Shown here in pieces: positions 59,190-64,000 of a stretch of DNA of 64,000 nucleotides. The stretch's first letter is position 1. Each line of letters opens with the position of its first letter. The position numbers were made by a program, and so were the translations under genes. Source of the DNA: the human T2T-CHM13v2.0 reference genome, Homo sapiens; assembly GCF_009914755.1 (NCBI RefSeq), contig NC_060941.1. One strand, 5' to 3'. The notes under the pieces are model-generated. The model did not search any database, was not told the DNA's origin, and was given only the letters and a program-made list of their open reading frames with translations.

Positions 59190-60740
59190 GGAAACCAATA
59201 ACAGAATGGTAACAAGAAAATCTCCCAACACTTGGAAAAAAAAAAGCAACACAATTCTAAATAATGCATGGATCAAAAGTCTTAAGGGAAATAAAAAGTC
59301 AAAGTAAATAAAACTACAACTTATAAAAATTTGTGGGACATAGTTAAAGCAGTTCTATGAGGGAAACTAATGGCATTCATTGCATATATTAGAAAAAAAG
59401 AAAACTCTCAGCAATCAAAGCCCCCACCTGAAAAATCTAGAAAAAGAAGAGCAAACAAGACACAGAGCAAGCAGACAGAAAGAAATAAGAAAGATAAGGT
59501 CATACTTCAATAAAATTGAAAAGGGAAAAAAAGGAAAAAACTAATGGAATAAAAAGCTGCTTCTTTGAAATGAGCAATAAATTTGACAAACTACTGGCAA
59601 GATTGACAAAAGAAATCAAGATACATATAACCAATATCAGTAATAAAAAAAGAATTCCTACATATGGACCCTAAAAATAACAAACGAATAATAAGGGAAT
59701 ATTGCAGATAATTCTGTAGGCATACATTTGAAAACTTTGTTGAAAAACTAACAATCTGAATTGAATATGGACAAAATACATGAGCAGACATTTCACCCTA
59801 GAGAATATACAGAAAGTAAATATACATAGGTATATATATATGTGTGCGTGTGTGTGTGTATATATATATATATATCTCATATGAAAAGATGTTTGATATC
59901 ATTAGCTATTATGGAATGCACATTAAAACCACTATAGGATATTACTACACACCTATCAGAACTACTAAATTAAAAAATAGTGACAACGTCAAAAGTTGGT
60001 GAAAATGTAGAGAAACTGCAACTATGATATCATCATCATGTCATTCTGGGGAATAGTTTTGGCAGCTTCTTAAAAAAAAGTAAACATACAACTATCATAT
60101 GCCAAGTAATTGCATTCTCAGGTTTTTGTTCCAGATAAATTTATTTAATTAGGTTTGGTTTCACACTCATAAGAGTACACAAATGCTTATAGTTGCTTTA
60201 TTTATAGTAGCCAATAACTGAAAACAACTAGATATCCTTCTAGAGGTGAATGTTTAAACCGACAGTGGAATAGTCATACCATAGAAAAATACTCATCAAT
60301 AAAAATGAACAAACTTTTGATAAACACAAAAACCTAGGTGTCTCTCCAGAAAATTATACTTAGTGAAAGAAAGGTTAATCCCACGACAGTACATTCTGTA
60401 TGATTCCATATAAATAACATTTGTGAAATGACAAAATATAGTTAAAAAATAGAATGAAGAACACAATACTGGTTGTCAGGTGTTAACAAGGTAGGCATGG
60501 AGGGAGAGTAGTGGTTGTGACTAAGAGGGAGAGGTGAGAGATACTTCTGGTGATGGACATGTGCTGTACCCTGACTATCCATGTCAATATCTTGGTTGTG
60601 ATATTGTATTATAGTCTTGCAAGATGTTAATATTTGGGAAAACTGGGTAAAGGACATGCTGTATAAAGAATCTCTCTGTGATATTTCTTATAACTGCATA
60701 TAAATTTACAGTTATCACAAAATAAAATTTTAATTAAAAA
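59190..60740 (+). mobile_element. L1MC-like element (ORF2 pieces and 3' UTR) with an internal deletion near 59770 and a TA/TG microsatellite at 59832-59875
   Basis: TGTCAATATCTTGGTTGTGATATTGTATTATAGTCTTGCAAGATGTTA...TTTCTTATAACTGCAT is an L1MC-type 3' end. Confidence 0.75.
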
Positions 60741-62461
60741 ATGAATTGATCTCTTTAGTTCATTATTGCCTCTTCACTCATTGTTTTTGTTCTTGTAGAT
60801 ATATAATATTTTGCTTTATTTTGTCATTTTGGTTGTGTTTCATGAAAAAGTATAAATAATCAAATGGCTTAGATTTGTCCTTCTTAAGTACAGCCGGAGA
60901 GAATTTAATTCTAAAATAATTTGTTATCTGGTATGGATCATGAACCTCCATTTAACACTTTTAACGATTCTTCACTGCTTACTCAGTAAAGAAGAAATTC
61001 CTAGTTTTGTATTTAGAGTAGAGGCTTTACCCTGTAGCCTCAATAAGTTCACTATTTTTACTTTTTGTTACTTCTCTGAGTGCAACCTAAGCTTCTAACA
61101 CAATGCGCTCCCTGTCATTTTCCAAACAAGCTATGCTTTATAGCATATCTTTGTATAGAGGCATTCAAAATTATCAATGCCATAATGATTCCATAAAATC
61201 TTCTTCCTGCCCCTGGAACACATCTACACAATTCCCAAGGTAATAGAGTGAGTGAATGGTGGAGATGGCATTTAAGTGTAGGGAGCAAAACAAACTAATG
61301 AGCAAAAATCCCAAATTTTAACCACTTTAATATTCTAAAGCATGTTTTACATAACTGTACTATTATACTTAATCATTTGACAAAAAATTGTTTATTCTTT
61401 CATACCTACTGTACTCCTAAAACATTATTAGAAGTTGTCTTATTATTCATTTTTGTATCACTATTGCCCCAGACAGTAGTGCTCCTAAGCAGAAATTAAA
61501 CAAATATTTGTTTACAAATAAAAAATGTAGTTCAAAATCCACTGTCATAAGACATAAATATTTTTCAGTTTTCCAAGTTTCTTTCCAATCTTCATCTGTT
61601 TACGTATATAATAGTTAAATCATTTAAATGACAGCAGAGATATATATTTTCATTCTCCTTTTATTTTACTAACATTACTTCACTATTTTCACAAGTTGCC
61701 ACTTACTCTTCATAATTATCTTTTAAACTGGTATTTTCAAGTTCTAGAAGGGAGCCAATAAATAGCTGGTGATTTAGTGTTAACCAGCAATATAATTTTG
61801 AATGAATTTGATGTACTATAAAATTTATTATTTCTCCTATTCGGTATTTATGTGGATAAGAAATATTTTTGTTTTTCATGATATGAAAATGATCTAAATA
61901 AACTAACTTTATAAATATCTTTTCCTCCCACCCTTCTTTTAGAAATGAAAATAAACTTTGAAGATATCACGTTTAAAATCTTTAGTGATTAGACTTGGCA
62001 TACTCTTGGCTATGACTTAGGAATTCAAAAAGAGGAAAATACTAGTTCGCGGTTGGTGAGAGTAAGTTTCCCAACCTGCCAATTAATATTTCTGTAATAT
62101 GTTACAGATATCCTGGCTTCTTACTCTGTGTCTCTCATTCGATGCAATGACATTATAAAAAATAAGAAGTAAGAGAAATTTAAGCATCATCTAATTTAAC
62201 CGCCTCATTTTGCTTTTAGAAAACTAAATTTTAAAGATAGCAAGTGTCTCAGCATGAAACTAAGAAGATCAGTGAGACTCTCAGACTAGAATGATGTCTT
62301 AAATATTCTTAAGGAGAGAATATGAGACAGATATTTTAATATGGGTTGTTCCATGGCTCATAATATATATATTAGCTTCATTCTTTTGTATTCTAGTTAT
62401 AACCTATAATGGTAATTTAATTTCAGATTATAAATTGGTAATTTATAGGCTAGTGATTCCT

Positions 62462-62519
62462 GAATCATGCAGTTTTCACATGTTAGAATCATGTAGTTTT
62501 CACATGTTAGAATCATGTA
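62462..62519. repeat. 24-bp tandem repeat, 2.4 copies
   Basis: GAATCATG(C/T)AGTTTTCACATGTTA. Confidence 0.9.
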
Positions 62520-62611
62520 TTCTTAATTTTAGTCAGCTTTCCTTTTTATTATTCCCAGTATCTACTGTGGTTGACATGCAAAATGATTTTCCCACCAGTT
62601 TCTTATAAATA

Positions 62612-63340
62612 CAGTCATGTGCCCTGTAAGGATGTTTTGCTCAATCATGGACTGCATATACCATGGTGGTCCCATAAGATTGTTATAGAACTGAAAAATT
62701 CCTGTCACCTTTTTACGTAGTAGCTGTCATAATGTCTTACCACAATGCATTACTCATGGGTTTGTGATGATGCAGTTGTAAATAAACCTATTGTGCTGAT
62801 TTTTGTCATTGTTTTGAAATGTACTCCTATTTATGTAAAAAAAGTGACCTGTAAAATGCCTCAGGCAGGTCCTTCAAAAGCGATTCCAGAAGAAGGCCTA
62901 GTTATCACAGGAGACTATAGCTCCATATGTGTTTGCCCCTGAAGATTTACCGGCAGGATAAGGAGTAGAAGTGGAAGATCTCCATATTTATCCATCAATT
63001 AATACACCAATCTCCATATTGATAATACTGACCCTGTGTAAGTCTCGGCTAATGTATGTGTTTTGTATTAGAATTTTTAGAAAAATGTACAAAAAGAAAA
63101 AAATAAAAATAATTTTTAAAATAGAAAAAAGCCTATAGAACAAGAATATAACGAAAAATAATTTTGTACAGCGGTACAATGTGTTTGTGTTTTAAGCTAA
63201 GTGCTATTATAAAAGAAATAAAAAAATTAAAATGAAGTAAAAAGTATAAGTAAGCTAAGGTTAATTTTATTATTGAAGAAATAATTTTTTATTTATCTGG
63301 TGTAGCCTAAGTTTACAGTGTTTATAAATGTACAGTTGTG
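62612..63340 (+). mobile_element. Tigger3 (GOLEM)-type DNA transposon, one end present
   Basis: TA then CAGTCATGTGCC...GGTGGTCCCATAAGATT; CCTCAGGCAGGTCCTTCA...ATTCCAGAAGAAGGC; GTAAGCTAAGGTTAATT. Confidence 0.85.
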
Positions 63341-64000
63341 GTTCATATTTTGTGTAGTATATCACTCAAATGAAAATTATCATTGTAATTAATAGCCTAT
63401 TGTCTCCAAAGTTTTTTTTCCCAGTCATTTGAAATGTTATTTTGTATCAGAAGTGTAATTTAATTATTTATTTGGATCTGATTAAGGGCTCTCCTTGTTG
63501 CTAATGTGTTCTCTGTATTTTTCTGAAGCAATTAAACAGTATATTAAATTAAAATATATACATATTTTTAATCTTTTTCTATCTGGTAAGCTAAGTATCC
63601 TCCTTACAATTAATTATTAATAAGATTAGTTTCTCTATATTTTGTTTTTTTTGATTATTTTACCATTATGATGGAAAACTAGGTGCTATTTTTGTTTAGT
63701 TGAGTTCTTCCTAGATTCTCATGAGTCCCTTTGTTTTAAAAACGTTTTTGGTCTTCTCAGGTTTTGATGATACTATATTAAAATTTCTCAGTACGCAAAT
63801 GTGTTATTATCTGAAGAATAATTTCCTCCTAAATTAAAAGAATGTTTTCACCTATTCTCTCTTTAAGTAGGTTTTTTCTTATTTTCATTTCATTTTTTAT
63901 GCTTTTTGCTTTGCATTGATTGAAAAATTGTGAAGTTAGGTTTTTGTTACATACCGTTTTTATTCAACTTTTTCAAAATTATTTTACTCTTTAGCCTTTT

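Overview
AT-rich, CpG-depleted primate nuclear DNA, most likely a human gene desert. I find no supportable protein-coding gene, functional RNA gene, CpG island or CRISPR array. The listed ORFs lie inside repeats or are short chance frames. Much of the window is interspersed repeat: L1, L2, CR1/L3, MIR, six Alu/FLAM loci, a two-LTR THE1 (MaLR) element, solo MaLR/ERVL/ERV1 LTRs, and MER5/Charlie/MER63/Tigger DNA transposons. The standout feature is a 653-bp NUMT (40966-41618) covering the 3' ~40% of MT-CO1 and the 3' end of tRNA-Ser(UCN). It sits inside a MIR and is flanked by a 6-bp direct repeat. It differs from the human mtDNA reference, as I recall it, at ~27 mostly synonymous sites, so it is a fossil of an older mitochondrial lineage. 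From memory (unverified) it matches the chr17q22 NUMT annotated MTCO1P40. Other notable items are mutational scars: an L1+AluJ pair within one TSD, a probable twin-primed L1, an L1 with a large internal deletion, a trimeric Alu, two AT-rich fold-back palindromes, a THE1 5' LTR lacking its DUX4 site, and an unexplained GC-richer insert in an MLT2 LTR. I found no evidence of a novel multi-gene system. Repeat subfamily names come from recalled consensus motifs, and boundaries of old repeats are approximate.
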